This document shows, in pieces, positions 18,137 to 29,038 of a stretch of 35,454 nucleotides of DNA. The DNA is from Synechococcus sp. (GTDB lineage: Bacteria; Cyanobacteriota; Cyanobacteriia; Thermostichales; PCC-7336). Each line of letters begins with the position of its first letter. Position 1 is the stretch's first letter. The stretch spans positions 1 through 35,454 of the forward strand of contig JBFRWN010000007.1 in assembly GCA_051439605.1 (NCBI GenBank), read 5' to 3'. The notes below the pieces were generated by a model that was given only the letters and a program-made list of their open reading frames with translations, was not told where the DNA came from and searched no databases. Made by a program: the position numbers and the translations under genes.

Positions 18137-19537
18137 TTAGCGAATCGTTTTCTCCAACTGGTGCACCCTAACATTGGCCCCCGTTAACTTCGCTCCAGTT
18201 AAATCGGCCCCATCCAACTCAGCACCGTGCAAATTCGCCTCCTGAAAATCGCAGTCTCTGAGATTAGATAATTGAAACTGGGTGTTACATAGATTCGCCC
18301 CGCGCAGTTTAGCCCCAGCTAAATTTGCCCTGCGCAGGTCAGCATTCCGCAGATCGGCCCCCCGTAAGTCGGCCCCCCGCAAATCTGCGCTACTAAGATC
18401 GCAACCAATCAGCGATGCCGCCGATAAATTAATCTTTTGCAAATTGGCTGAATATAAGTTCGCCTCCCGCAGATACGCCTCCCTCAGATCGCTTCCCTGT
18501 AGATTGATCGCCCTCAAATAGGCACCAAACAGCGATGCGCGGCGCATGTCTGTTTGTGGGAAATCCCGTTCCCCAGAGCCAAACCGCTCTAGCAACTCTG
18601 TTGCACTTGCCCGCTTCCAAGCTTGCTCGGGCTTCGGTGCCAGGATCGCTGGAGCATGGGGTTGGGGAGGGGCCATGTGGGTATCAGTGCGCTCCGTTCC
18701 ATCCGGCATGATGGTTTGCCGAAAATGAACCCCCTCTAGATTTGCCAGGTTCAGATTCGCGCCTGTTAAATCGGCCTCAGATAAATCGGCCCCATTTAAA
18801 TCAGCTCCACCCAGATTTGCCCCCATCAACTGAGTGCCGTGCAATGTGGCCAACGATAGATCGGCCACGTTCAGGTTGGCCTCCACCAATATGGCATTGC
18901 TAAGGTTGGCACTAGTGAGATTCGCCCCTGGCAGCAATGCCTCCGTCAAATCCGCGTCAATTAAATTGGCATTCCATAATTTGGCGCCAGTCAAGTTGAC
19001 GTTGAAGGCCATTGCCCCGACCAAATTCGCTTGATAGAGATCCGCCTCGGATAAATCAGTTCGCTTGAGAATGGCCTCGGTAAAAATGGAACTGCTGGCA
19101 TCGCTGCGGCTGAGATTGGCCTTGTACAAATCTGCCTGATGGAAGTTCGTTTCCCGTAGGTGGCAGCCTTTTAAAAAGGTAGCGATCAAGATAGCTTTGG
19201 TTAAATCAGCCTTCTGCAGATTGGCGGAAGTGAGAAACGAACCGGTTAAGTCCACGCAACGCATATTGGCTTCCGTTAAATTCACTTCTTGCAACTTAGC
19301 GCGGCGTAGACGGGCGTTGGTGAAGACCGTGCGAGATAAATTCGCCTGTTGTAATTCCGTCTTATAGAAATCTGATTCGGAGAGATTCGCTTCTTGCAGA
19401 TTGGCATGACTGAGGCTAGATCGTATGAGGGCAATGCCCGGCAGCTCAGCACCACGAAGGTCTGCCCGTTCAAGTAAAATTCCCTCAAACTGCTGTCGAG
19501 TAGACTTGTAGATTTGCAAAAGCTCTTCAGTTAGCAT
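18137..19537 (-). CDS. Pentapeptide repeat protein with two repeat blocks
   Basis: A(D/N)LXX repeats throughout. Block 1 ends TIMPDG, followed by a Pro-rich linker; block 2 starts ELLERFGSGERDF. Confidence 0.93.
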   Translation of the reverse strand: MLTEELLQIYKSTRQQFEGILLERADLRGAELPGIALIRSSLSHANLQEANLSESDFYKTELQQANLSRTVFTNARLRRAKLQEVNLTEANMRCVDLTGSFLTSANLQKADLTKAILIATFLKGCHLRETNFHQADLYKANLSRSDASSSIFTEAILKRTDLSEADLYQANLVGAMAFNVNLTGAKLWNANLIDADLTEALLPGANLTSANLSNAILVEANLNVADLSLATLHGTQLMGANLGGADLNGADLSEADLTGANLNLANLEGVHFRQTIMPDGTERTDTHMAPPQPHAPAILAPKPEQAWKRASATELLERFGSGERDFPQTDMRRASLFGAYLRAINLQGSDLREAYLREANLYSANLQKINLSAASLIGCDLSSADLRGADLRGADLRNADLRRANLAGAKLRGANLCNTQFQLSNLRDCDFQEANLHGAELDGADLTGAKLTGANVRVHQLEKTIR

Positions 19538-19919
19538 ATTTCACTCGAAAGCAGCCGCTCTAGAACAGAAGAAGGCTAAGGCAGAACCATCGTTGAGGGG
19601 GGACTCTCCGCTCCTGCTGTCTTACTTCGCTAACATACCCGCATCTGGCTACCTGCATCTAGCAAACTCGTACGATATTGCGAGTGCAGTCTACGCGAAA
19701 TTACGTACGCAAGTTCCGAAGTTTGACTACAGGCGAATCGATCGCCCTCCGAACCCATCTCTGGGATGTCAAGCAAAGGAACTAAGACAGCTATGGCGAC
19801 CAGCTAGTTACTCCAGCCAGCTCGGCTATCCAGCCGATCGGGTATAAATGTCGTTGCCACAATTGAGATGACATCAGCCCTATAGTGCAGAAATAGTGAG
19901 GTCCATGGGTTCTCAATTT

Positions 19920-21047
19920 CTAGGTATCGATAGCTACCAACGTAGATAAATGGGTAGCAGTGGCCTTGACGGAAGCGATCGCCCGTTCGTAGGACATTCG
20001 GGTCGGTCCAAGCAAGCTCACGCTGCCCATGGCTACATTGCCACAGGAATATCCGGTGGAGATGAGGGAACATTGCCGCATGGGTTCCAGTGGATTTTCG
20101 GATCCGATATACAGTATGAGGCGATCGGGGGTGGAGGGACCTAAAACAGACCACAGTTCAGCCTGATTTTGTTCCAACAGTTGAACGACATCTTGAATCT
20201 GATCGGTTTGGGTAAATTCCGGCTGACGCAATAGCCCGGTCATCCCCCCCACAAACACCTGACCGATGGCGGGTTGTAGGTAGTTATGCTTCAGAGTCTG
20301 CAAGAGCTGTCTCAGCCAGTCACCGTAATCGCGGAACTGACGATCCATTTCTTGCCAATTGATGTTGAGAATATCGAAAAAAGTTTTGCCCTTCAGTTGT
20401 AGGTTGAGGAAATTGTTCAAGAGCTGAAGTTCCCGCTCCAGTTCTTCCGTAGAGTCTGTCTCGACAGGTGGATTGCCGACAGCAGCGCTAGGGTGATTTT
20501 CGAGGCCTAGCGTTGCTAAATCCGTTTTCCCTCCTCCAAGGTTGAGCAGTAGGGAATGGGTTTGATAAGAATCCGTAACGAGAATGGCCATCACTCGATC
20601 GCTGGCTACAGGTACCAATTGCAGGTGACGAATGGTCGTTGCATCTGTAGGGGGAGCGGTAATCAGGGCAATGCAACCGCTCAGGGTAGCCAGAATCTGT
20701 GTAGCCTGATGTAGAAGGCGATCGAGGTCCTCCTGCAACTGTTCCCCCAATTTTTCGGAAAGGGCCGTTAGCAGCTGCTGTTGGAGAAATTTTGGCTCTT
20801 CAATCAGGTCGTCCACATAGACGCGGTAACCGGAATCGGAGGGAACACGTCCGGCTGAAATGTGGGGTTGGTAGAGCAATCCCGTACGATCGAGGACAGC
20901 CATGACATTGCGGATGGTCGCGGTACTCACTCCCAAATCGTATGCCTGAGACAGTGCTTTAGAACCCACCGGCTCCGCAGTCTCGATGTAACTCAGCACG
21001 GTGGCCTTAAGGATTTGCTGTTGCCGAGATGTCAAATCGATTTTCAT
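19920..21047 (-). CDS. hrcA: Heat-inducible transcription repressor
   Basis: LTSRQQQIL, EPVGSK, ATIRNVM, QPHISAGRVPSDSGYRVYVD, IGSEN, LGPTRMSY. Confidence 0.95.
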   Translation of the reverse strand: MKIDLTSRQQQILKATVLSYIETAEPVGSKALSQAYDLGVSTATIRNVMAVLDRTGLLYQPHISAGRVPSDSGYRVYVDDLIEEPKFLQQQLLTALSEKLGEQLQEDLDRLLHQATQILATLSGCIALITAPPTDATTIRHLQLVPVASDRVMAILVTDSYQTHSLLLNLGGGKTDLATLGLENHPSAAVGNPPVETDSTEELERELQLLNNFLNLQLKGKTFFDILNINWQEMDRQFRDYGDWLRQLLQTLKHNYLQPAIGQVFVGGMTGLLRQPEFTQTDQIQDVVQLLEQNQAELWSVLGPSTPDRLILYIGSENPLEPMRQCSLISTGYSCGNVAMGSVSLLGPTRMSYERAIASVKATATHLSTLVAIDT

Positions 21048-21401
21048 GGGATCGCGTCACCGCAAGGATTTGCGCAAGCGTCGCTCCGGTAGCGGGAGTA
21101 GCACCCCAGGCAGCGAAGATGCAATAAGAGTAGCGCAGCTTGTTATCGGGTAACCAGTGTTTTCCATACGCCAGTATTTTCCATATGACGGAGATCGTCT
21201 GTTCCCACCAAACAAATTATTACGAAATCGGCTTTGGCGGGTGTTCAGCTGCAATTACTGTCGCAATAGGGGGGATGCCCCGAGTTAGGATCTGTATTGA
21301 TAGGTCCTTTCCCGTTAGGACAGGTCTTTGTCCAGCTAGGTTTTGGCGGATAGAAAGCCTCAACAACTACCCCTTACTTAACCTCCTCCTTCCCATCGCC
21401 C

Positions 21402-21758
21402 ATGCGCATCTTTCTTAAATCCAAACTGCATAAGGCCACAGTCACCGAAGCGAATTTAAACTACACGGGCTCCATCACCATCGATCGCGATCTGATGGAT
21501 GCAGTAGACCTGCTGGAATACGAAAAAGTCTTGGTGGTGGATAACACGAATGGCAATCGCTTAGAGACCTACGTTATTGAGGGTGCGAGGGGATCCGGAG
21601 TAATTTGTATAAACGGAGCAGCAGCTCATTTGGTACAGGCAGGGGACGAAGTCACCATCATGTCCTTCCACCTGCAGGAGCAGCCCTGTCTCCCCAAAAA
21701 ACTATTGTTGGGGCAAGACAATGCAATCGTGAAGGAACTAGATGCTGTGGAAGCATAG
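21402..21758 (+). CDS. panD: Aspartate 1-decarboxylase
   Basis: KSKLH.ATVT.ANLNY.G/SITID self-cleavage site, [15 protein letters not shown]. Confidence 0.95.
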   Translation: MRIFLKSKLHKATVTEANLNYTGSITIDRDLMDAVDLLEYEKVLVVDNTNGNRLETYVIEGARGSGVICINGAAAHLVQAGDEVTIMSFHLQEQPCLPKKLLLGQDNAIVKELDAVEA

Positions 21759-21776
21759 AGACTGTATGGATGAACG

Positions 21777-23999
21777 CTAGGTTGCTTCGTCCCTCTGCGA
21801 ATACTTATCCATCAGCATTTGATGAGTGCCACTGGGATTTTTTCCCCCTTGTGGCTGCCGCTGCACGTATTTTCCATCCGATTGGAGATCCCAGGCTTGA
21901 CGCCGATCTGACAGCATCAAGTCCAACAAGTCTTTCAGTTCTTGGACTAAAGCTGGATTGCTGACGGGGGTAACCGCCTCCACCCGCCGACTCAGATTTC
22001 GGGTCATCCAGTCAGCGCTGCCAAAGTACAGCTCTTCGGCTCCGCCATTGGCAAAATAGAAAATGCGCGAGTGCTCCAGAAAGCGGCCAATAACGCTAAT
22101 CACGCGAATATTTTCGCTCAGGCCCGGAATGCCAGGTTTGAGGCAGCATATCCCCCGAATAATGAGATCGATTTCAACACCCAGTCGTCCAGCCTCGTAA
22201 AGCACTGAGATAATCAACGGATCCACCAGAGAGTTCATTTTGGCGATAATGCGTCCCCCCTGACCCAACCCCGTCTCGTTAAAGCGCTTTTGGTAGGCGG
22301 CCTCCCGGCGGATCATTGCCGTCATGCGCGATCGCAGGTTGATTGGAGCCACCAACAGTTTGCGAAATGACTGCTGGCGCGAATAACCGGTCAAGTAATT
22401 AAACAGATCGGTGATATCCGCCCCCAGGTCTCCGTCGCAAGTCAGTAGCCCCAAATCGGTATAGAGTTTGGCGGTTTTGGGGTTGTAGTTTCCCGTGCCA
22501 ATGTGGGCGTAAGCCCGCAGGAGATCGTCCTCGCGACGCACCACTAGAGCCAACTTAGTATGGGTTTTAAGCCCAACTAGGCCGTAGACTACGTGAACTC
22601 CGGCTTCTTCCAAACGTTTGGCCCATTGAATATTGTTTTCCTCATCGAAGCGGGCCTTCAGCTCCACCAGGACCGCCACTTGCTTCCCCCCTTCCGCCGC
22701 TTCAATCAGAGCGCGAATCACGGGAGAATCACCAGATGTGCGATACAACGTTTGCTTGATGCTGACCACATCGGGGTCTTGAGATGCAGTTTGAATGAAC
22801 TGCAGCACACTGGCATTAAACGACTCGTAAGGGTGATGGAGCAGAATATCCCCCTCGCGAATTTCTTCAAAGATATCCAGCGGGCTATCCAGATCGCGAT
22901 TGCGCAACCGGGGAGGAATCTTTGCTGACCAAGGTTTATCTTTGAGTTCCGGAAAATTGAGGCTGGAGAGGGCAAACAGGTGGTCTAGCCCAATCAAGCC
23001 ATCAATGGTGTAGATGGATCCATCATCGAGATCCAACTGACGTTTGAGCTTCGTGCGAATTTTGGCAGGGGTGTTAGATGAAATCTCCATGCGAACAGCA
23101 GATCCGCCAAAGCGGCGCTTGCGCAGCTCTTCTTCAATCGCCTGTAACAGATCGGAGGCTTCCTCCTCCTCAATTTCTAGATCGGCATTGCGGGTAATGC
23201 GGAACGGATAATACTCTCGAATCTCCATTCCTTTGAATAGGGGGGCCAGATTTTGGCCAATAACATCTTCTAGGGGCACAAATTGGTGGCCTTCCCCCAC
23301 TTGAATAAATCGGGGCAGGGTACTGGGTACCTTAACCCGCGCAAAATGCTCCTGCTCATTTTCGGGGTCGTAAACAATCACCGCCAAATTGAGACTGAGG
23401 TTAGAGATGTAAGGAAAGGGATGTCCCGGGTCAACCGCCAAAGGGGTAAGGACGGGGAACAAATGGCGGTCGAAATAGTCCTTGAGGTAATCCTGCTGCT
23501 CTGGTGTGAGGTCAGAGGTATGCAGTAGGTGAATATCGTACTTAGCCAGCTCCGGCAGCAGTTGCTCGTTGAGGCAGCGGTATTGCTGGGCGATTAGAGG
23601 GTGCAGAGTTTCGTTAATCCGTTTAAGCTGTTCGGTGGGAATTAGCCCATCGGGGGTGCGAGAGGATACGTCAGCAGCAATCTGTTGCTTAATTGCCGCC
23701 ACTCTTACCATGAAAAATTCATCTAGGTTATTGGAGAAAATCGCTAGAAATTTCAGCCGTTCCAACAATGGTGTGCGATTGTCCAGCGCCTCGTGCAAAA
23801 CGCGGGCGTTGAATTCAATCCAGCTCAGTTCCCGATTCAAATAATGTTCGGGGGTCTCACGTTCTACTGGCCCCGTCTTGGGTTCGAGGGGAGAAAGATC
23901 GTCAGTTGCTGGTGTTTGAGAGTCGGGAGTGAGAGTGGATAATTCTGCCATTGAGGTATTGGATGGACTGGAAGACGAGCTGAGGGGGGAGGCAGTCAT
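21777..23999 (-). CDS. ppk1: Polyphosphate kinase 1
   Basis: NRELSW, NLDEFFMVRV, HPFP, LLHHPYESF (autophosphorylated His), ELKARFDE, GTGNYN, GRFLEHSR. Start could alternatively be 23951. Confidence 0.96.
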   Translation of the reverse strand: MTASPLSSSSSPSNTSMAELSTLTPDSQTPATDDLSPLEPKTGPVERETPEHYLNRELSWIEFNARVLHEALDNRTPLLERLKFLAIFSNNLDEFFMVRVAAIKQQIAADVSSRTPDGLIPTEQLKRINETLHPLIAQQYRCLNEQLLPELAKYDIHLLHTSDLTPEQQDYLKDYFDRHLFPVLTPLAVDPGHPFPYISNLSLNLAVIVYDPENEQEHFARVKVPSTLPRFIQVGEGHQFVPLEDVIGQNLAPLFKGMEIREYYPFRITRNADLEIEEEEASDLLQAIEEELRKRRFGGSAVRMEISSNTPAKIRTKLKRQLDLDDGSIYTIDGLIGLDHLFALSSLNFPELKDKPWSAKIPPRLRNRDLDSPLDIFEEIREGDILLHHPYESFNASVLQFIQTASQDPDVVSIKQTLYRTSGDSPVIRALIEAAEGGKQVAVLVELKARFDEENNIQWAKRLEEAGVHVVYGLVGLKTHTKLALVVRREDDLLRAYAHIGTGNYNPKTAKLYTDLGLLTCDGDLGADITDLFNYLTGYSRQQSFRKLLVAPINLRSRMTAMIRREAAYQKRFNETGLGQGGRIIAKMNSLVDPLIISVLYEAGRLGVEIDLIIRGICCLKPGIPGLSENIRVISVIGRFLEHSRIFYFANGGAEELYFGSADWMTRNLSRRVEAVTPVSNPALVQELKDLLDLMLSDRRQAWDLQSDGKYVQRQPQGGKNPSGTHQMLMDKYSQRDEAT

Positions 24000-24458
24000 G
24001 GGGGTTACGGATGGGCGAGGCTCACCTCCTATATCTTACGCAAGCAATAAATTCTGCAGCGGAGTTTCCCACAGGAGAAGAAAATCGACCGGTTTATCGG
24101 ACATCGGAATCAGGAGGTCGGAAATAGATATTGGTACTGGTGGAACTTGCCGCGAAGCGATCGCCCACTACAGAGCAGACTAGAGCGTGAACAATGAATG
24201 TTCGTTGTCCGGTGAAGGATCTGATTGCTGAGCGGTCCCAAGCAAATTGACAGCGGCGACAGGCATTAATGCTGCAATTGCAAGCCATTGAGGACAAGCT
24301 AAACCCATCCTTCAGAACATAAACTTCTCAAGAAAACTTTTCAAAACTCCCCACAGATCGATGAATGGCTAGCGAATTGTTAAAACTGCAGGAATGCGTC
24401 GGTAGTCCCTATAGACTGACGGCACACCGTTTTGCTGCGCGCACAAGAGCCTAAGTCT

Positions 24459-24938
24459 ATGACTGTAAGCATTTCTGCAAATGATGTCCAAGGATTGGAA
24501 TACGTTGTGCTAGGGGTAGCCACCTGCTTTCAACGCAATGAGGAAGGTCGCCTAGAAGAAGTGATGGTGGCGGAACCCATTCCTGCCGCCGAACTGGACT
24601 GTTTGCACAGCACTAACCGTTCCACCTCTTATCAGCTACTGTATGCCACCACCTTCGCCGAAATCGTGCAAGGGGGGGCTCCATCACTTCCACAGGACGT
24701 CATCCCCGATCGCACCCTTCCTTGCAAAGACTTTGTGGAACGAGCTAAGGCGGCCACCCGCTCCTATCGGGCAAAGCCAGATTTCAAGCATCTGGCGATT
24801 GGTGCAGTCACCACCACCAGTTCCCCTGATTTTCCGTTGAACTATAGCAGCGAACCAAAGCGGGTCTTGGATGTAATTTACAATCCAAGCGATGACGATA
24901 ACGTCAAACAACATGCCTACACTCACCTCAAGCTCTAG
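24459..24938 (+). CDS. Conserved cyanobacterial hypothetical protein
   Basis: YVVLG.ATCF...EPIP and C-terminal DNVKQH..TH resemble a cyanobacterial conserved family. ATG at 24459. Confidence 0.7.
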   Translation: MTVSISANDVQGLEYVVLGVATCFQRNEEGRLEEVMVAEPIPAAELDCLHSTNRSTSYQLLYATTFAEIVQGGAPSLPQDVIPDRTLPCKDFVERAKAATRSYRAKPDFKHLAIGAVTTTSSPDFPLNYSSEPKRVLDVIYNPSDDDNVKQHAYTHLKL

Positions 24939-25107
24939 GGCTCGGATACCCCTAAAATTTGAAAACAAGCCCGGTACTCAAGTGATAGCAATTTCATTGA
25001 ATAGCTTCAATAAACTGGGCTTAAGCACTTGAAGCTAAATCAAATATCTATAGCCAGCTCAGCAATGAATGATGGTCTGAGGATGCTTTAACCTCCGAAC
25101 GTGACTT

Positions 25108-26028
25108 CTAGCAGCCACGATGATTGGTGTTCGGTACATGGATTCGGGTACCCGCCCACTGTAGTTTTTCCCTCAGGGTACGGAAAAACGATGTGTTTCG
25201 CTCCAAAATAACAAACTGAGCCGGTTCTTTTGCCCGACACACCTGCACGTGCTGCCCGGGCAGTACCGACTGGGCCAGGGCCCCATCATTCCAAAGCCGA
25301 GTCAAGCCTTCAGGATCGGCCAATGGCCAGATTTTAATGCAGGCCTGGCTACCTATCACAATCGGGCGACTGGATAAACTGAGCGGACAAATGGGCGTGA
25401 TGCTGATGACATCTAGGCTGGGGTGCACAATCGGCCCGTTGGCAGCAACGGTATAGGATGTGCTACCTGTTGGGGTGGACACAAGCAGACCATCTCCATG
25501 GTACTGATCGACAATTTCGTTCTCCACCTCAATTTCAAAAATAGCGGACGGTAAGCGTATTTCAGATGTGGGTTTAACACAAATTTCGTTTAAACAGTAA
25601 AACCATTTGCTATCGGGCTCCCCGTTTAGCTGCTGTATGCGGGCTTGCAGCATGGTTCGAGGTTGAAGGGTGTAATCCCCCCGCATCAGCCTCTCCCAAG
25701 GGTCATCCGACAAAACCTTCTCCGACTGTGCCAAAAATCCCAGATGTCCCCCTACTTTGATGGGCAATATGGGAATGCCGTGAGGGCCAAGATGTCTGGC
25801 AGCCCCCAATGTCGATCCATCCCCCCCTAAGACAATTGCCAGGTCGATGGGATCCTTGGTAGCCTCTAAAAACGTCGGGTAAGGGTTGTGATAGACCCCT
25901 GTGGGGGCTGTTAGGACGGTAATTCCCAATCTTTGTAGTTCATCCGTACATCGCTGACAAACGGACTTACTGCGGAGATCGCTTTCTTTGTATGCAATAA
26001 CCACCTGTGAGAGCTGTAAGCCCACCAT
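25108..26028 (-). CDS. nadK: NAD(+) kinase
   Basis: LGGDG, GHLGFL, LNE, GDGLLVSTPTGSTSY..AANGP, TPICP. Confidence 0.95.
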   Translation of the reverse strand: MVGLQLSQVVIAYKESDLRSKSVCQRCTDELQRLGITVLTAPTGVYHNPYPTFLEATKDPIDLAIVLGGDGSTLGAARHLGPHGIPILPIKVGGHLGFLAQSEKVLSDDPWERLMRGDYTLQPRTMLQARIQQLNGEPDSKWFYCLNEICVKPTSEIRLPSAIFEIEVENEIVDQYHGDGLLVSTPTGSTSYTVAANGPIVHPSLDVISITPICPLSLSSRPIVIGSQACIKIWPLADPEGLTRLWNDGALAQSVLPGQHVQVCRAKEPAQFVILERNTSFFRTLREKLQWAGTRIHVPNTNHRGC

Positions 26029-26189
26029 ATTCCTATACCCTTCAATGGCTTCAGCCTATCGACGCTAGTTTGACCTAGCCAGCAAAATTTAGGTTTTCCC
26101 AAGCTCGTTAGGTATCTGAATAATGATAGATGGTCATATCTATTCCGCTGTTTTGATACGATAATTGCAAAAATACTGGAACGCTGAAC

Positions 26190-26696
26190 TTGACTCGACC
26201 CGTAGATCTTCCCCCCACCGTAGATGTATTCCTGCAAGAACTCTCGACGATTCAGCAGGCGGGACCTAAAAGAATTGCCATCTTGGGGAGTCGCCACGTC
26301 CCCATTACCCATCAGTATTTGATTGAAATGCTGAGCTACGCTCTGGCGTTAACAGGCAATAAAATTCTCACCTCAGGCGCTCAGGGAACGAACTCTGCAG
26401 TGATTCGCGGAGCAGTACGGGCAGACGAAACCGCTCTAACCGTGATCTTGCCTCAAAGCCTAGATAAACAGCCTCCAGAATCCCGCATACAGCTCGAAAA
26501 TGTGATGCATCTTGTCGAACATCCAGAAAATGATGATATGGCCTTGGCAGAGGCAAGTTCACTCTGCAACATTGAAATCATCAGCAAGTGCCAGCAACTC
26601 ATCTGCTTTGCGTTCCACGACAGCACGACCCTTCAAGAGGCTTGCGAATATGCCGAGGAGCAGCACAAAGTGGTCACGCTATTTTACTTTGACTGA
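26190..26696 (+). CDS. DprA/Smf-like Rossmann-fold protein (cyanobacterial 'DNA recombination-mediator protein A' family)
   Basis: IAILGSR, TSGAQGTNSAVIRGA, TVILPQSL, CFAFHDS. TTG start. Confidence 0.75.
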   Translation: MTRPVDLPPTVDVFLQELSTIQQAGPKRIAILGSRHVPITHQYLIEMLSYALALTGNKILTSGAQGTNSAVIRGAVRADETALTVILPQSLDKQPPESRIQLENVMHLVEHPENDDMALAEASSLCNIEIISKCQQLICFAFHDSTTLQEACEYAEEQHKVVTLFYFD

Positions 26697-26837
26697 CTTC
26701 GTTCTGCCCTCTATTAATCTTGCCTTTTATCTTGGGCATTGAGCTGCAATCCTATTTGACGTGGCAGCTGCTGTAATGCCTGCGGTAGCAGTAGAGCATG
26801 CGTTGGATGAGTTCTGACGACCTCCAACACGAGCTTT

Positions 26838-28703
26838 TTAGAATCCGTGCAGTTTCACAATTACCAACGGGATCAGAAAGGTCAGAATTAGACTGAGCGG
26901 TGCTCCGACTCGTGTAAAATCCAGAAATTTATAGCCGCCAGCTGTGTAAACCATTGTATTGGTCTGGTAACCAATCGGGGTCATGAAGCTACTTGAGGCC
27001 GCAAAAGTTACCGCCAGCATGAACGCAACGGGATTGAGGCTCAAGCTTTCTGCAGATTTGATGGCAATGGGTAACATCAAAATCACTGAAGCATTATTCG
27101 ACAACAGCTCTGTCAATAAGGTTGTTGCTAAATAGAAGAAAACCAGTAGCCAGTAGCCAGATAAATTGCCACCGATCGCCACAAACCGATCCGCCAGAAA
27201 CTGGGTAACATTCGACTTTTCCATGGCAATTCCCAAGGGAATTAGGCCCGCCAGTAGGAAAATAATGTCCCATCGGATGGCAGCATATAACTCACCAGGT
27301 TTTAAGCAACCAGTCACCACCATCAAAACGCTGCCGATGAGTGCACTCACCAGAATCGGCAACCAATTTAAAGCTGCCATTAACACCACAGCAATCCCAA
27401 TCAAAACTGCGATCGCCGCTTTCTCAGTCCGCAGGTTTTCGACATCTCTCTGTTCGATTAGCAGCATATCCCGGTTAGTCTGCAATCCCAAAAAACTCTG
27501 CCTTGGGCCTTGGATCAGCAGAATATCTCCGAACTTGAGTCGTACCGTTCCCAGACGCTGACGCACCAGCTCTTGTCCTCGACGGATGGCCAGGACGGTT
27601 GCGTTATACCGTTGCCTAAAGCGAATGTCTTTCAGCGTCGATCCCACCAAGCGAGAGTTAGCCATAATCAGGACTTCCCCCACGCGGTCCTCCTCGGCAA
27701 CCAGTTCCTGAGTTACTTCCTCTTTGCTAAATTTCTGCTCGGGAACGATATAAATTCCTTTTTCCTGCTTAACCTTAAATAATTCCTTCCGGGCTCCACG
27801 AATCAGCAAAATATCCCCCACCTGCAAGACTTTATCTGCTAAAGGCTGAGGAAAGTGTATTTTATTCCGAATGATCTCCAGCACATCCACATCAAACTGC
27901 CGCTGCAACTGGCTGAGTCGAAGGGTTTGTCCAACTAAGCTGGACTCAGGAGAGATGACTACTTCGCTAACATATTCCTTGAGACCATAGCGCTGCTGAA
28001 ATGAGCCATCGGTTTCAAGGGGTTGGCGATCGGGCAACAGGTAAGGAGCGACATATGCCAAATACAGAAGGCCAGCGCTAAAAGAAAACAAACCCACTCC
28101 GGTAAACAGAAATAGCGGAAATGGCTCGTAGCCCATCCCCTCTGCAATTCCACTCGCTAAAACATTAGTGGAAGTACCGATAACGGTTACGGTGCCGCCA
28201 ATAATCGATAAATAGGACAGAGGAATCAGTAATCGCGATACTGAAACATTTATTTTTTCGGCCCAGCTTTCCACAATGGGTAAAAACGTAGGCACTACTG
28301 CAGAATTATTAATGAAGGCTGAGATGGGGCCGACAATCAGCCCGAGGGCAAAGATTTGTTGTGAGACTCGCGTTCCCCCCAATCGCAACAAGATGTCCAT
28401 CACCACCTGCAGAGCCCCCGTACGAGCAATGCCCGCGCTCAAAATAAACATGGCCATGACTGTGATCGTGGCGGTATTGCTAAATCCAGAAATTCCCTCT
28501 GCCTCATCCACCAATCCCAGCAAAATGAGCAGCACCACGATCGTTAAAGCCGTCAAATCGACGGGCAAACGCTCGGTGATGAAGCTGAAAAATGCCCACA
28601 CGATCACCAGAACGGTCAGGGTCGGTTTCCATTCTTCAGGCACTGACTCTGCAATTGGAAAAACGGCGAGTGGTATCAGGCTGGTTGCTTCTAGCACGGT
28701 CAA
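26838..28703 (-). CDS. SLC13/CitT-family permease with two TrkA-C domains (Sac1-like)
   Basis: SAFINN, IGTSTN, two RCK-C repeats (S.LVG.TL), LSNNA, TPIGYQTN..VY..GGY. Start uncertain. Confidence 0.9.
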   Translation of the reverse strand: MTVLEATSLIPLAVFPIAESVPEEWKPTLTVLVIVWAFFSFITERLPVDLTALTIVVLLILLGLVDEAEGISGFSNTATITVMAMFILSAGIARTGALQVVMDILLRLGGTRVSQQIFALGLIVGPISAFINNSAVVPTFLPIVESWAEKINVSVSRLLIPLSYLSIIGGTVTVIGTSTNVLASGIAEGMGYEPFPLFLFTGVGLFSFSAGLLYLAYVAPYLLPDRQPLETDGSFQQRYGLKEYVSEVVISPESSLVGQTLRLSQLQRQFDVDVLEIIRNKIHFPQPLADKVLQVGDILLIRGARKELFKVKQEKGIYIVPEQKFSKEEVTQELVAEEDRVGEVLIMANSRLVGSTLKDIRFRQRYNATVLAIRRGQELVRQRLGTVRLKFGDILLIQGPRQSFLGLQTNRDMLLIEQRDVENLRTEKAAIAVLIGIAVVLMAALNWLPILVSALIGSVLMVVTGCLKPGELYAAIRWDIIFLLAGLIPLGIAMEKSNVTQFLADRFVAIGGNLSGYWLLVFFYLATTLLTELLSNNASVILMLPIAIKSAESLSLNPVAFMLAVTFAASSSFMTPIGYQTNTMVYTAGGYKFLDFTRVGAPLSLILTFLIPLVIVKLHGF

Positions 28704-29038
28704 CTCAACAATAGAGGACAGCAGTGGAGGGACGGGGGAGGCAGATGGGCCTGGGAAATCCTTGCTTGAGGTTATTCAACCTCATCAGCGGATATGCTTG
28801 CTAGATAGGTGACAACAGTAGGGGCGCTCAAAGTTGCCAAAAGCTTGAGCACGCGCAATCGCTTGCCTACAACAAGTATTAAAGCGAACTTCCAATCGCC
28901 CAGGAGCCTTGTTAATCCCCCCACCGGAGTCAAGCCAAGCGATTCTAACTGAAATCAGTACACCCATAGTTTCGCGGACTTAAAAAGGAGCCTCTAGACT
29001 TGGCACGTTCTACCCCCATACTGGGGCAGACTAGGTGT

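Noticed and set aside
19616..19791. Long-range 9-bp pairing GCTGTCTTA/TAAGACAGC in the hrcA-pentapeptide spacer
   Set aside because: Isolated stem with no target-site duplication or second copy; may be chance.
21098..21125. CIRCE-like element upstream of hrcA (GTAGCACCC...)
   Set aside because: The right half-site does not match GAGTGCTAA at N9 spacing.
24080..24322. Protein-like fragments (RYWYWW..., RRQALMLQLQAIEDKL) broken by stops
   Set aside because: Could be a gene remnant but no family is recognisable; needs BLASTX.
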